A DNA stretch of 64,000 nucleotides from Chrysomallon squamiferum (lineage: Eukaryota; Animalia; Mollusca). The notes beneath the pieces are model-generated. The model saw nothing but the letters and a program-made list of their open reading frames with translations. It had not been told where the DNA came from and ran no database searches. Numbering within the stretch: position 1 is the stretch's first letter; each line of letters starts with the position of its first letter. The stretch lies in assembly GCA_012295275.1 (NCBI GenBank), contig CM022666.1, positions 8,804,001-8,868,000 on the forward strand, in the 5' to 3' direction. Shown piece after piece: positions 13,631 through 27,310 of the stretch. Made by a program: the position numbers and the translations under genes.

Positions 13631-13687
13631 TGTGTTTGTATGTTGTGTGTGTTATTATGTTGTGTGTGTATTGCGTATGTTGTGTGA

Positions 13688-13737
<50 letters not shown>
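13580..13737. repeat. Bipartite (TG)n microsatellite
   Basis: Two perfect TG runs separated by a decayed TG segment. Confidence 0.97.
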
Positions 13738-13738
<1 letters not shown>

Positions 13739-16319
13739 GAATGTAGTGGGTATGTGTGTGCAAGATACAAAGAAAGAGGGAGATACAGAAAAAAGAAGTG
13801 AGTCAGACGAAGAGAGACTGACAGACAGACAGACAGACAAGAAGAGAGAGGAAAGGATTTTGACAGATTTTTTTTTTTTTTAACTTTACTAAAGTTTGTG
13901 CTTCATTTTGCTGCTACACTATTACATCAGAATTATCCTCTTCCTTTAATTACTACAACAGACTGTACTACTACTACTACCTGCTACTACCACCACTACC
14001 ACTATGGTTATTACTATACTACGTCCATTATCACTACCAGTATTCCTAAAACAACACAACTTTATTTTTACGCCAGTGAATCATTCATTGTATTTTCCCA
14101 CAAAATAACCACACCAGAAAAAAATCAAAATATGATCTGACAAATGTTTTCATCACATCCGCTTTATAATAATATAATATTTTATTTTATCTTCGAAACG
14201 ACGCCTCCCCATTCCCCCAGACACCCACCAAAGCACACCTCGGCGGTCAGAAAGACAAAGACTGCGAGTAAAAACAAAAAGGCAACGGCACAACACTCAA
14301 ACAAGATTTATTGTCCTATCAGAGACAAACACGTAAATAATACTTGTCTTATAAATCCGCAGTCCAAGAAAGAAATTCAATCGTTACTAAAGGCGAGATC
14401 ACACCGTTCGATTACGAGTTACGATCTTTTTGTGATGTTTGTTTAAGAAAAAGAAAAACGTATTGAAGAATGACATATGATGATAATGTTGACTGAAATG
14501 ATGATTATGATTGTAATGATGACGTCATTAATGACGTAGAAATATTTGTTTAAAGATTTCAGCATACTGAATTATTAATAATCTAAAATATAATTTTCTT
14601 AAAACGATTTTTTGGTTCAGGAAGCCCTCTGTTATCTTTTACAACCAATTTTTATTGGTACAAAAGTTCCAAAGCCTTAAACAAGCCAACCCGTTGGGCA
14701 ATGTTTGGAACGGGAAATATCGCAAAGAAACTAGTAGTAAGTTTGGCTCAGTGGAAATAATTATGATGATGATGATGATGATGATGATGATAATGACGGC
14801 GTTTACAAACCACTGAAACATGACAAATCGTTAATACAAATCCTTTGCTATGAACACACCTTAACATATGATAATTATTTTAGGCTTTAAAAAGTTACCA
14901 TCATTTGTCTAGTATGAAGTTACCTTACGAAACTGATATGCATGTGTGTGATAAAATCTTTATGACGACATTAGAACAAAAAGAAGAAGGAAAAAAATTG
15001 TAAAAGAAGAAGGAAAAAATAGTTAAAAAATTAAAACAAGGGATTAGTACAATGATTAATGGAAGAGTGTAATGCACAGCTTTATGAGTCATTAAAGGTG
15101 TGAATTTACAGGTGTGATAAAAAATAAACAACAAGATTATACTGACATCAGCGTGACTCGGCAAGACTCGAACCTTTTTTTTTCTCCTTTTTTTTTTTTA
15201 TTTTTTTTTTTTTTTTGTATTTTAAATTTCCTAATTTATCTTTTTAATCTTTTTTTAAATTTAAATTTTTTTTGTTGTTGTTGTGTTTATCATTATTATC
15301 ATTATTATTGCATTGTTCACTGAGATACATGTTAGTGTGTTACTGTATGTTATGTATTTGTGTGTTTTGTGCTTGTTACGCTCGTTTTGCGTTGCGTTAC
15401 GTTTGTCGTGTAGGTGCGGTCGTTGAGTGTTTGTTGTGTTAGCAGTGGGTGTAGTCAGACATGCTGCTGTGTATTGTATATGTTGTCTGTATTGTCTGTA
15501 TGTTTTCGTGACAGACAGACAGACAGTTAAGAAGACCGAAATATTTTATTTGTATATCCATCGTAGTTTTTTCTTCTCTTTTTCATAATAAAAGTATAAC
15601 TTGTGTTTATCCCGTACTCTTCATAAAAACGTAACTTATGTGGCTGCACGTAATAAAAGTGACGAATGTACATTCTGTTTAATAAAGGAATAAACTGTAT
15701 ATTTGTATACGAATATGTGTGTGTTTGTGCGTGCGAGTCTGTGCGTGTATACAGTACACCAAACGAATATCTGAAAAAATTTACTTTGATAATAAAAGAA
15801 CAACAGGTGGACCTATACTACGTAAACAAGAATTACTTGTGTGATTGTGTGCTTCATTTCAACAGCATAACACAGAACAATAAATGAAAATAGGCATTTA
15901 ATCACTTTTTTCACTGATAAATTAAAATAATTATTCATCTACTTCACTAGCACTTTTGTTTGCTTATTATCATTATTATTAGCCTATTATTATTTTAATT
16001 ATTATGATTACGATGGTTATTATTAGTATTATTATTAGTATTATTATTGCTATTATTATTATTATTATTATTGTTGATGTTGTCGTTGTTATTGTTGTTA
16101 TTGTTAATGTATTTGTTGTTATTGTTATTGTTGTTGTTGATGTTGTTGTTATTGTTACTGTTGTTGTTGATGTCGTTATAAATATTATTCAACGACTATG
16201 CAGACTGTGGCACTTGTATTATTATGTAATTTGAAAAGAAGAGAAACAAATTAATAATAAAAATAAAGAAAGAAAAGAAGTAAAAATTAAAAAAAATTAA
16301 AAAAGAAGAAAAAAATCTT

Positions 16320-16750
16320 TCAGTTCTTCTGTTGCATTCCCTTGCAAGAAAGACTGAAAATCTGATCTTTCATCTTCAGCCCACGTTTCGGGGTAGAAAT
16401 GTGGGTAGTTCAACAAAAACCCGCCCCACGCCTGAGCGCACCTATTCAAAACGAGGACAAAGGCGAAATTCACGAAAACTGTAATTAATGTCAAAAGGTG
16501 ACACCACTCGAGTGATGAAGATTGGTGGGAATGCCGACCTCTGACCCCCAATCCTTGTCACCTGTCGCAGTAGGAACCAATCGTCATTGTTCTCCCGTTG
16601 CCAAGCCTCGGCAGGGGGTGCAATTGGTAATGGCGGGTAGGCCTGGATGTTCCCCCCTACCCTGGCGTCGTGCCAAGTAAAACTCAAAGCCAGCGTTCTC
16701 CAGGAGAGCGCGCGAGAAAAAACACAACAACTCTAATAATAATCTCCAAG
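16320..16750. promoter_or_regulatory. GC/CpG-rich non-coding island
   Basis: One of the most GC-rich stretches. GC-box-like CCCGCCCCAC near 16420, CCAAT at 16548 and 16577, GTGGGAA at 16526. Overlapping ORFs show no recognisable domain. Confidence 0.4.
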
Positions 16751-16898
16751 ATACCCTTGAAAATTTTATACCCGATATGTGAAAAGAAAAAAAATAATCC
16801 TTATTGTTTTTTAAAAAAAGAATATTTTTTTAGCACCTGTCGATGGGGGGTGTTCATATATTAAAATTAATTAAACTTAACACCTGTGTGAATGTTAG

Positions 16899-17473
<575 letters not shown>

Positions 17474-17855
17474 GTTATAAATGAATGATTTGAGACGACA
17501 GCACTTCAACAATAATTGACATTTCGCTGTTTGTCGGTAATTTCACCTACATTTCTTCAGGAATATTTAACATTTCACTGTCTGGAAAAACACCACCTAG
17601 ACATAGACACAGAAACACGCACACACATAGACACACACAACCACACACAAAAAGAAAAACGTACTGAAATACTCCCACATCACAGGATCATAAATGCATT
17701 AATTTTTATCTCCTTTTGATTTTACTTGTTATCTCTTGTTGCACAGTTGTCAAATATGATAATTACAATAAAAAATATTAATACATTTCTGATTTGTGTT
17801 TTGTCGCATGCTAATACATCTTTTCGTTTTTTTACATTATTTTATTTTTTTATTT

Positions 17856-17890
<35 letters not shown>

Positions 17891-18314
17891 CATTATTTAA
17901 TTTTATTTATATTTTACTTTACTTTTGTTTTTAGAGTATTTTTGTTGCTGTTGTTTTTTTACTGTGACGAGGTTTCACTTCAACCGTTTTACAATCCATC
18001 AAAGTATCACGATTTTACAAGATTCCATAAAACTGAAAAGCTCGTGCGTCTGAAAACCAGTGAACGGTGTTGGGACTCATTTAGTATCTTCATGTCTACG
18101 TGTCCGTGTGTGCGTACCTGCGTGTGTTGGTGTTTGTATGTATGTGTACAAGTGGTTTTTTTGTACGCATATGTGCATAATGTTGATGCAAAAATATATC
18201 TTTAATATATCTGTTTTTATTATGTGTATGTTCCATATATATGAATCCCATACATATACACATATATATATGGTTGTGTGTACGTATGCAAGGGAATTAT
18301 ATCTATATCTATAC

Positions 18315-18369
<55 letters not shown>

Positions 18370-18850
18370 CACATACATAATAAAAGCAGACATAATAAAG
18401 CCATATTATGTGTGTGTGGCTGTGTTTGTGTGTGTGTGTGTGTGTGAATCACGTGTGTATGAATCATGTATGTATGTGTGAACATATACAGATGTAGGTA
18501 TGCAGTTACAGTCTTAGGTGTGGTGTGTAGGTATCTGTATCTATCTATCTTTCTATCTGTAGACACAAAACAACATACACCTATTTGTATGTATGTATGA
18601 TAATCAGTATTTGTACGGATCATTTGCGCGCATTATGTGTATAATTATATTTATGTATGTTGGTGAATGTCCAAGTTTAGTGTGTCATGTGAGTGTGTTA
18701 GGTACACTGATTTGCTGCAGTTCGAAAGTAATAAAAACCTAATTCCTCAAACAAAAGAAAGAACAGCTGTTTGGAACATAATATCCAGAAATAAAATCTA
18801 GTTTGATTTCACAGATAACAAAATAATAATCAACAAGTATGAAATATGAT

Positions 18851-18854
<4 letters not shown>

Positions 18855-18947
<93 letters not shown>
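18855..18947. repeat. (AG)n microsatellite
   Basis: About 46 perfect units. Confidence 0.98.
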
Positions 18948-18948
<1 letters not shown>

Positions 18949-19250
18949 GATTGATGACTGTAGTTAGATACAGATTAAGGACAGAGAAAGACGGATGGGT
19001 GGATGGACGGATAGAAAGGCAGACAGACAGATCAGTGAAGTTTATGAAGTGAGAGAATGAAAATTAAAACAGAACAGAATGTACGAAGGAGTGGTAGGTA
19101 AAACAATATACTGACGGACGTGACTGGAACTCATAAATGGATTATGGAATGGATGGATGAGCAAATAATAGAATAATATATAACTATCGAGTCAAAGTGG
19201 AAGTTGATATCAAAAACAAAACAAAGCAACAGCGATAATAATAACAATAA

Positions 19251-19282
<32 letters not shown>

Positions 19283-19656
19283 CAGTTGTTGTATGTAATA
19301 AACAGACAAAAACACCCATGAAAACAGACCAATAAAAATGAATCGTAACAAATGAAAAACAAATCTGAAAACAAGAAATAAAAGTGAGTAAACAATTTAC
19401 TTATTAAATTTTTTTTTTTAAAATACGTTAAATAAAATTAACGCGTATGACGGAGTCTTAAGCTCCTATTAATCGTGGACCAATCTGAGGAAAACAACGT
19501 CAGACGATAACGTGAAGATAAACCTGTCAAAACGTGCGGAGTCAGCGCATCAAACGCGCCTGAAACAAGAGAGGTATTTCTTAGGGTACGAATTTAACGA
19601 GAAATTTATGCTTCCCAAACTAGTATTCATATTTCAACATGGCCGTTCCCATATTA

Positions 19657-19671
19657 ACAGCAGGGGGCGCT
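19657..19671 (+). promoter_or_regulatory. CTCF core-like motif
   Basis: ACAGCAGGGGGCGCT matches the CTCF core CCAGCAGGGGGCGCT at 14 of 15 positions, inside the CpG island at 19440-20120. Confidence 0.45.
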
Positions 19672-21014
19672 TTAACGTTCCCATAACTCTGCACGTGCAG
19701 GGTTAATATAAAATTCCGACACAGTCGGAGTAGGATTTGCGGTGACAATTTTATAACAAAAGCGACTGGAAGCCAGTTTTAAAAAGTTTTCGTTCTGTCT
19801 TCTGCACATATTGGGCATGTTTATCGTTTCAGTAGTAGCAGTCGCGGATTTTTATTTTACTTTTTTTATTTTTCTCCTTAAAAATCCCATTATCCGCCTG
19901 ACTGACGAGTTGTGTTGAGAACTTACTGCGGGTTGTCAAACGCTAGGAAGAACAAATGTTTCAAAACGAGAAGCTTTGTTACCTTAGAATCTCGCGTAGA
20001 TTTACTGCATCGTTATTTGCACATAACCTTGTGAGACAGCCGCAGACACAGACACATTTCCACTCGTTACTGGAAGTCAGAGCCACGTGTTCAGCATGAT
20101 TATCATCTCAGACACGTTTTTCTTCTGCTCATTATAGTCTTTTTATCTTTGTTTCCTTTCCTTTTAAGTAGTAACATATATGTACATACATATTTACACA
20201 TATACACACATATTCATATAAATACATTCACACACATACACACAAACATATCCGTACTTATATATACATATATACACAAATACACACATACATAGGTATA
20301 GTCACATAAGCATAATAAAATAATCATTAACTTTTAATTATATCATCTGAGTTTTAATTATTAGTAATTCTTTTATTTCTTTCTTTTTTCCTTCTTCTTT
20401 CTTTCTTTCCTTCTACTGACTCTTTTAATGAATTTTATTTATAAATTAAATTATCTAAAATGCTAAATTAGTGAAAAACGTTTAAAACTCTTCAGAGATG
20501 ACCAGATACTTGATATTCCAACACATACAAACTTTACAGCCAAATCAAATGGACAAATAAAGACTAAGAAACCACAAAAACACGACATACTAATACATAA
20601 TAATATATGCATACTTCCGAACACAATAAAATTTGCAACAGAATGAAGGCTGTAGATACATATCAGAAAAAGACCAATGATACTTTTTTTGTTTTCATAA
20701 ATCTCAACATGTTGCCAAATATCATTGAATTTCCTAAACCAAATCAGAACAGCGTGACAGCTATAATTATATTGCGATATTAATATTATATTGATCATTT
20801 CTACCTGACTGCACTTTTGATCCAGGTGTTGCTAATAATTGCCAGGCGGTTCTGCAAGTGACCGCCAAAAATTGATTTGCGTTTAATGAATTTACTGAAC
20901 ATCTCTCTAACACAATACGCAACACGACCTGCAGGTATGAAGCGAGTATACACGTTCACCTATAAGTCGAACAAATAGGCATTTTGATTGTAATTACAAT
21001 TAACATGTACGACT

Positions 21015-21268
21015 AGTACGCAAAGTGACCTGTAAGTGCAATGAGTATGCAAGTTGACTATTAAGTGCAGTGAGTACGAAAGTTGACTATTAAGTGCAAT
21101 GAGTACGCAAGTTGACTATTAAGTGCAGTAAGTACGAAAGTTGACTATTAAGTGCAATGAGTATGCAAGTTGACTATTAAGTGCAGTGAGTACGCAAGTT
21201 GACTATTAAGTGCAGTAAGTACGAAAGTTCACCTGTTAGTGCAGTGAGTACGCAAGCTGACCTGTTAG
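21015..21268. repeat. 29-bp minisatellite, about 8.5 copies
   Basis: Unit AAGTGCARTRAGTAYGMAAGTTGACTATT; decayed copies extend to about 20925 and 21440. Confidence 0.96.
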
Positions 21269-22530
21269 ATATTTGATCTAAGAATAAGATTACGCACATT
21301 GACCTGTAACTACAACAATGTAAAATTATGTATAAATATACTGAATATATATATATAAAACATACATAATAAGTAAACCTACCTATATGTATACTTAGTA
21401 CATAATATGAATTATCAAAATACATAAGTTAACCTATAACTAAAAACAAACATATCATAGTATACATAAACACAAAACAAATCTACAAAATAGTATAGTG
21501 CATTAACGCATAATGTATTCATAAAATGTAATATAATGACAACATGAACTATCAGTATAATGTTATATACACGTTATAACCGTAATCTTAGCTGGTATGT
21601 ACTAAATATATAAAACAGGTCTGTAAAACTACTGAACGTCAAAGCGTATCGAGAATACAAAAAATATGATGTAATATTGTAAGCCTAGTTATTGAGTAAC
21701 TTTGTTCATGGACATCAAGTAGCAATCAATACACATTATCAACAAGCTGATGATTTGTTAATTGAGTCTTAGGTTTGTCTGGCTCAGGGACTTGCAGAAA
21801 TGTGATACAGTGAAGTAAAATAAACATCCTGTTATGGCTTTACTGAGTATGTGTTAAATGGGAGTACTAAATAATAATAATGAAAAAAAGATGTTGTAGA
21901 CAAACGTTTACACACGCACCCATATAAAACTATATACACACATACATATACATACATACATACATACATATATGAAAACATACATACATACACACACACA
22001 AACACATGCACAAACACATACCACATATACATACAACCTACACATCATATATCTACAAACACACATACATACATATACATACATAATTAAATACATATGA
22101 AATAAAGTATAAATAAAGAAAAGGGGATAGCAATATTTGTAATTAAACCATTAATAAATATATCAACCACCAAAATATCAAATACATAAAAAAGAAAAAA
22201 AAAAAAAAAAAAGGCAAGAATAGATTTTCAGTTTAGAATCCTCTCAATTTATGATCCAAGGGGAAGAACCCTCGAATATGTTCCAAAGCGAACTTTAATA
22301 ATTTGCAGTTGTTTCCCTTGCACTGTAAAATCAATTTCGGAACTAACGCAGTTAAGTGTAGAGGATTAAGACCTTACCAGTCATAGTTAATATGTGTTTG
22401 TGTTTGTCTTGTGTGGTATTGTGTTCATTTCCTGTTGTTATTCGAATGTTTTTTGTTTTTTTTTCTTTGCTGCTGGATATTTATTTTTATTATTAATATT
22501 ATTATTCTTTTTTATTATTATTCTTTTTTA

Positions 22531-22534
<4 letters not shown>

Positions 22535-22593
<59 letters not shown>

Positions 22594-22605
22594 TTTTTTT
22601 TTTTA

Positions 22606-22658
<53 letters not shown>
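22535..22658. repeat. Poly-T / (TTA) low-complexity tract
   Basis: Long T homopolymers interrupted by TTA units. Confidence 0.95.
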
Positions 22659-22882
22659 ATGGCAAAGCAAAAAAGCAAAATAATACGGAAAAGATAATAA
22701 GTGAAAAAGAAATACATACTTATTTTAAATAACAATATCACTTGACACCAGTGTTGTGCTTTTAAAATTAAGTGTGTTTTAAATTGCCTAGTTTTATAAA
22801 ACATTAATTTATCACTACATTGTATCGTTAAAAATGTCCAGATAATATAAATATTTATGTTCATGTATGTGTGAGTGTGTTG

Positions 22883-23010
<128 letters not shown>

Positions 23011-23459
23011 CGTGCGTTCGTATGAATGTGTATAATATCAGGAGAATTGATAAAAATTTAAATTCTAATTATTACTTTTTGAACTGAATTGCCATTTATT
23101 TGGTTTTTCTTTCCTGGGCTACTTTGTGGGATACAGAAAACACCCAGAGATGCTAACTGGATAAATGGAACATATAGGAGTTTTCTTCTTCTTTTTTCTT
23201 TTTTCTTTTTCTTAATTTATTTCTTGCAATTGGTATTGACGTTTGATATATGTTGATAAGTTTACCGAAATTCATTTATTTACTTACTGAACAAAACATT
23301 TTTTTTTTTTTTTTTTATCTTTATAATTTAATTTTTCTAACTTTATTTTTATTATATTTGCGCACATTATTATAATAAGGGCTAACCTGAATATAATTAA
23401 TCATTTTGAACACTTAAATGTTTGTTTATTTTCTCAGCTGTTAATATGTTATTTGTTTT

Positions 23460-23506
<47 letters not shown>

Positions 23507-23918
23507 TAATATAGTAGTATAGTAGTAGTAGTAGTAGTAGTAGTAATAATGATAATAATAATAATAATAATAACAACTACAACAACAACAACAGCAATAA
23601 CAATAAACAATAGAAATACTAAACAATAATCTTTAAGGTGAGGTTGTGTCATAGGAACACTGAAATAAATTAGGACTTAAATTTTTTTTAAATAAAATAG
23701 CACACCTCCGTTATTCATCAGTGATATATAAAAAATAAAATAGCATGCACGTTTTAAACAAACTAATTTTTCACTTTTACAGAACAGCAATAGCGAATTG
23801 ATAAATGTAAGGGAAGTAATACTGTTCGCACTGACGGTAACATCGAACATGGGTTATCTCTCTTGAAGTATTAACATTATCATAACTATTATTATTAATA
23901 TAATTATCATCATCATTA

Positions 23919-23970
<52 letters not shown>

Positions 23971-24525
23971 TATTTTTAATTTTATGTTGTTGTTGTTGTG
24001 GTCGTTATTGTAAACATATTTTATGTTATCATGATTAGCAAAAACAAAATATTGTGTGAAATATTTTCAGCAATAATTAAATTCATAAATTCTTTGAAAA
24101 TATTTTACAGAACTGTAGTGAAAAAGAATAATAAAACGTTCAAATTAAATATTACTGTACAATCTTATAAAACACAAATTGTATTTACTGAATACTGATT
24201 ATAATATAAATTATTTCACTATACAAGTGTCCTTTTCACTTCATTAGTTATAATTTAAATAACACATAATAAATATAATCCAACGTTAAAAATAAGGAAA
24301 CATATTTGTTTTTAATGTGATTTATTTCAGCAGTCTCTTTTCTTTTCTTTCTTTCTTTTTTTTTTTTTTTTCTCATTTTAATAATATTTAATTAGTCAGT
24401 TATAATTTTTTTATAAAAAAATAACATTTATTTATTTATTTATGTAGTTATCTATTTATTTACTTTTATTTATTTATTTATTTATTTTTATTTTTTTATT
24501 TTTTTTGTTTTTATTTATTTTTTTT

Positions 24526-24556
<31 letters not shown>

Positions 24557-24871
24557 TTTTCGATTATGATTTCGTTTATTTTTCTATCATGTTTTTCACT
24601 TTATCTTTGTATTATTATTTTATAACATTTTGTTTATTTCATTTTCATCGATGTTCGTGTATATAATTTGGGAGGTGCGCAAACAATATGTGAAGCATGT
24701 AACGTTTCTTATTTTGCTATTAAATAAACAAACAATCGCTTGGTAAATTTAGGGAATTGCCCATTCAAATACTGTACAATTTATACATTACACCATTCAG
24801 CAATTATATAATTTGATAAAGTAATAAATAAATAAATAACAAATAAATGAATAAATAAATAAATAAAATTT

Positions 24872-25010
24872 CTACTTACGTCTCTGAAATACCGACACGG
24901 TAAATCCAAAAAGTAAATGAAATCTATACAAACCAATGTTATTATGTTATAATATATAATAATAATTGTAATCTGTTTATGACGTCATAATGTGTGACCT
25001 TTAACCTTTA
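24872..25010 (+). mobile_element. Dispersed repeat relic, copy A (TACTTACG...CRE...DR1)
   Basis: Collinear similarity to 37379-37462: TACTTACGTCTCTGAAATACC ... ATGACGTCATAATGTGTGACCTTTAACCT, with an extra AT-rich insert of about 50 bp. Confidence 0.6.
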
Positions 25011-25843
25011 TCCTTATGTCGCAAACCATTTTAAATATTAAATTTTGCAGGTAAATAAATAAAAACCTACACAGAAAATACATGAGCAAAATAAATAAGT
25101 AAGTAAAATAAAATCATAAAATAAAGAAATTCAAAAAAGTATTATTATTCATTTCATGCGCAAAGTAAGTAAATAAGTAGGTTAAGTAAGGAAGTAAACA
25201 TATAAACAAACTAAAGTGACATTTTGTTTTTGTTTTGTTTTGTTTTTGTTTATTGTATTTTCATTTACTTAATTTAGTTTTGTCTGCATTTGTATTTTTA
25301 TTTATGAAATTGTTTGTTTTCTTACATTTTTATTTCAGTTTGTTATTTTATTTTTTATTTTTTTATTTTTTTTATATATTATTAATTATTTGATTTCATT
25401 TCTAAACTATGTCTATATTATATATATATATATAATTATTTTATTTCATTTTTTTTTTTTTCAGTTAAAACGATTTTCAATTTCTAACATATCTGTTTAT
25501 ATTTTTCTTTATTACTTTTTAATTTACATTTCATTTACTGCTGACGCCGCTGTTAAGTTGCTGCTTCAGTAAAACGCGACGTTGTCGTTTAATAAAACTA
25601 TGGATCAACGAAACTAAATAATAAAATAACCTTTTAAAAACCGGTCACGTTCGACTGAACACAATATTAACGTCGTAAATTCAAAAAGCATGCATGAAGC
25701 GTAAAAATTCATAATTTTACGCATAATGTATTATGCATGCTTTTAATGTTGTATATCATTTTGTTGACAATTATGTAAATTATTAATTTTCATACGGCCA
25801 CCCTAGAAAGAAGAAATTTAAATAATAATAACGACAACGATGA

Positions 25844-25883
<40 letters not shown>

Positions 25884-26108
25884 CGATTAATTAATTAAAT
25901 TAAAATCAAATAAAATAAACAAGTAGAATTAATTATATAATTATATGCTTCTTCATCTGACAGTAAAATGTTTATCATTTAATAATTAGAGGCATTTTAA
26001 CTAGAAATATTCAGGAGCGGACTAGTAGTAAAATCCTAGATGGGGTCGTTAATAATCCAAAGGTTCTCTTATAGAGAATTTTGTTATTATGTCTCTCTGC
26101 CTCTTTCC

Positions 26109-26111
<3 letters not shown>

Positions 26112-26187
<76 letters not shown>

Positions 26188-26276
26188 TTATTTATTTATT
26201 TTTCATATTATTACTGGTTATTTTTTTATAGTTTATTATGCATGATTCTTTCTCTTTTTCTTTCCTTTTTCTTTAC

Positions 26277-26369
<93 letters not shown>

Positions 26370-26376
26370 CATCTAT
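26112..26376. repeat. (TG)n followed by (TATG)n(TCTA)n
   Basis: TG at 26112-26184; tetranucleotide runs at 26278-26376. Confidence 0.96.
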
Positions 26377-26464
26377 CAACAGTATTTATTTATTTATTTA
26401 TTGAGTGATTGATAATCACTATAACCATCATCATCAAGTCTTCTGTTCTGTTTAATTTGCCAGT

Positions 26465-26545
26465 CACTGTGGTTGTGTGTATTTAACTCGTCACGTACAC
26501 TAACACTTATGACAGCCGGTTTCGACTCCTCACTCTGGCTATAAA
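26465..26545 (+). mobile_element. Possible decayed tRNA-derived SINE head
   Basis: B-box-like GGTTTCGACTCC at 26518-26529, with a weak A-box-like TGGTTGTGTGTATTTAA about 48 bp upstream. No cloverleaf. Confidence 0.25.
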
Positions 26546-26682
26546 TAAAATTTCACTGCAGTTTAATGGGACACTCAGCTGTGTTACTTTGTCACTCCCC
26601 CGTCACCACTCACCCGTAAAGAGTTAATTTCAGTGTAAACTGAGGATGGGAAGTTACAACAGTAAGACTGCTGTCATAAATC

Positions 26683-26713
<31 letters not shown>

Positions 26714-27024
26714 AACAGATGGTGGTAGTACACAGGTGGTCGTAATACAAAGAAGGTTGTAATACAAAAAAATGATTGTAATACAAAGATTTTTGTAATA
26801 TAGAGATGGTTGTAACACTAAGGTATAACAGTAAGGCCTAATTAATAACAATATGATTATGTGATGTTGGTAATAGTCAAGTGGTTGCCATGAGTAATAA
26901 TTGTTATATCAGGATGTTGGTGACAATAAATTTGTAAATTAAAGGTTTTGTCATACAGTACTGCTAATATTAATATAATATATTAATATAATATGATGGC
27001 TGAAACGATGTGCTGGTATTAGAA

Positions 27025-27310
27025 AATTGGTTGTGTATGGAAGAGTATGGTATTTATATGGTGGTGATAGTAAATTGGTTGTGTATAGAAGAGTAAGGTA
27101 TTTATATGTGGTGATAGTCAGTTGGTTGTGTATGGAAGAGTATGGTATTTATATGTGGTGATAGTCAGTTGGTTGTGTATGGAAGAGTAAGGTATTTATA
27201 TGTGGTGACAGTAAATTGGTTGTGTATAGAAGAGTATGGTATTTATATGTGGTGATAGTCAGTTGGTTGTGTATGGAAGAGTATGGTATTTATATGGTGG
27301 TGATAGTACG
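27025..27310. repeat. 47-bp minisatellite, 6 copies
   Basis: Unit TTGGTTGTGTATRGAAGAGTAWGGTATTTATATGTGGTGATAGTMAR starting at 27027, 27075, 27122, 27169, 27216 and 27263. Confidence 0.97.

Noticed and set aside
16442-16687. 81-aa minus-strand ORF in a GC-rich island
   Set aside because: Non-ATG start, no recognisable homology; length expected by chance at this GC.
24875-24892. 4-nt microexon TTTCAG|AGAC|GTAAGT on the minus strand
   Set aside because: Lies in the dispersed repeat, and the paralogous copy at 37380 lacks the same acceptor; not supportable without reads.
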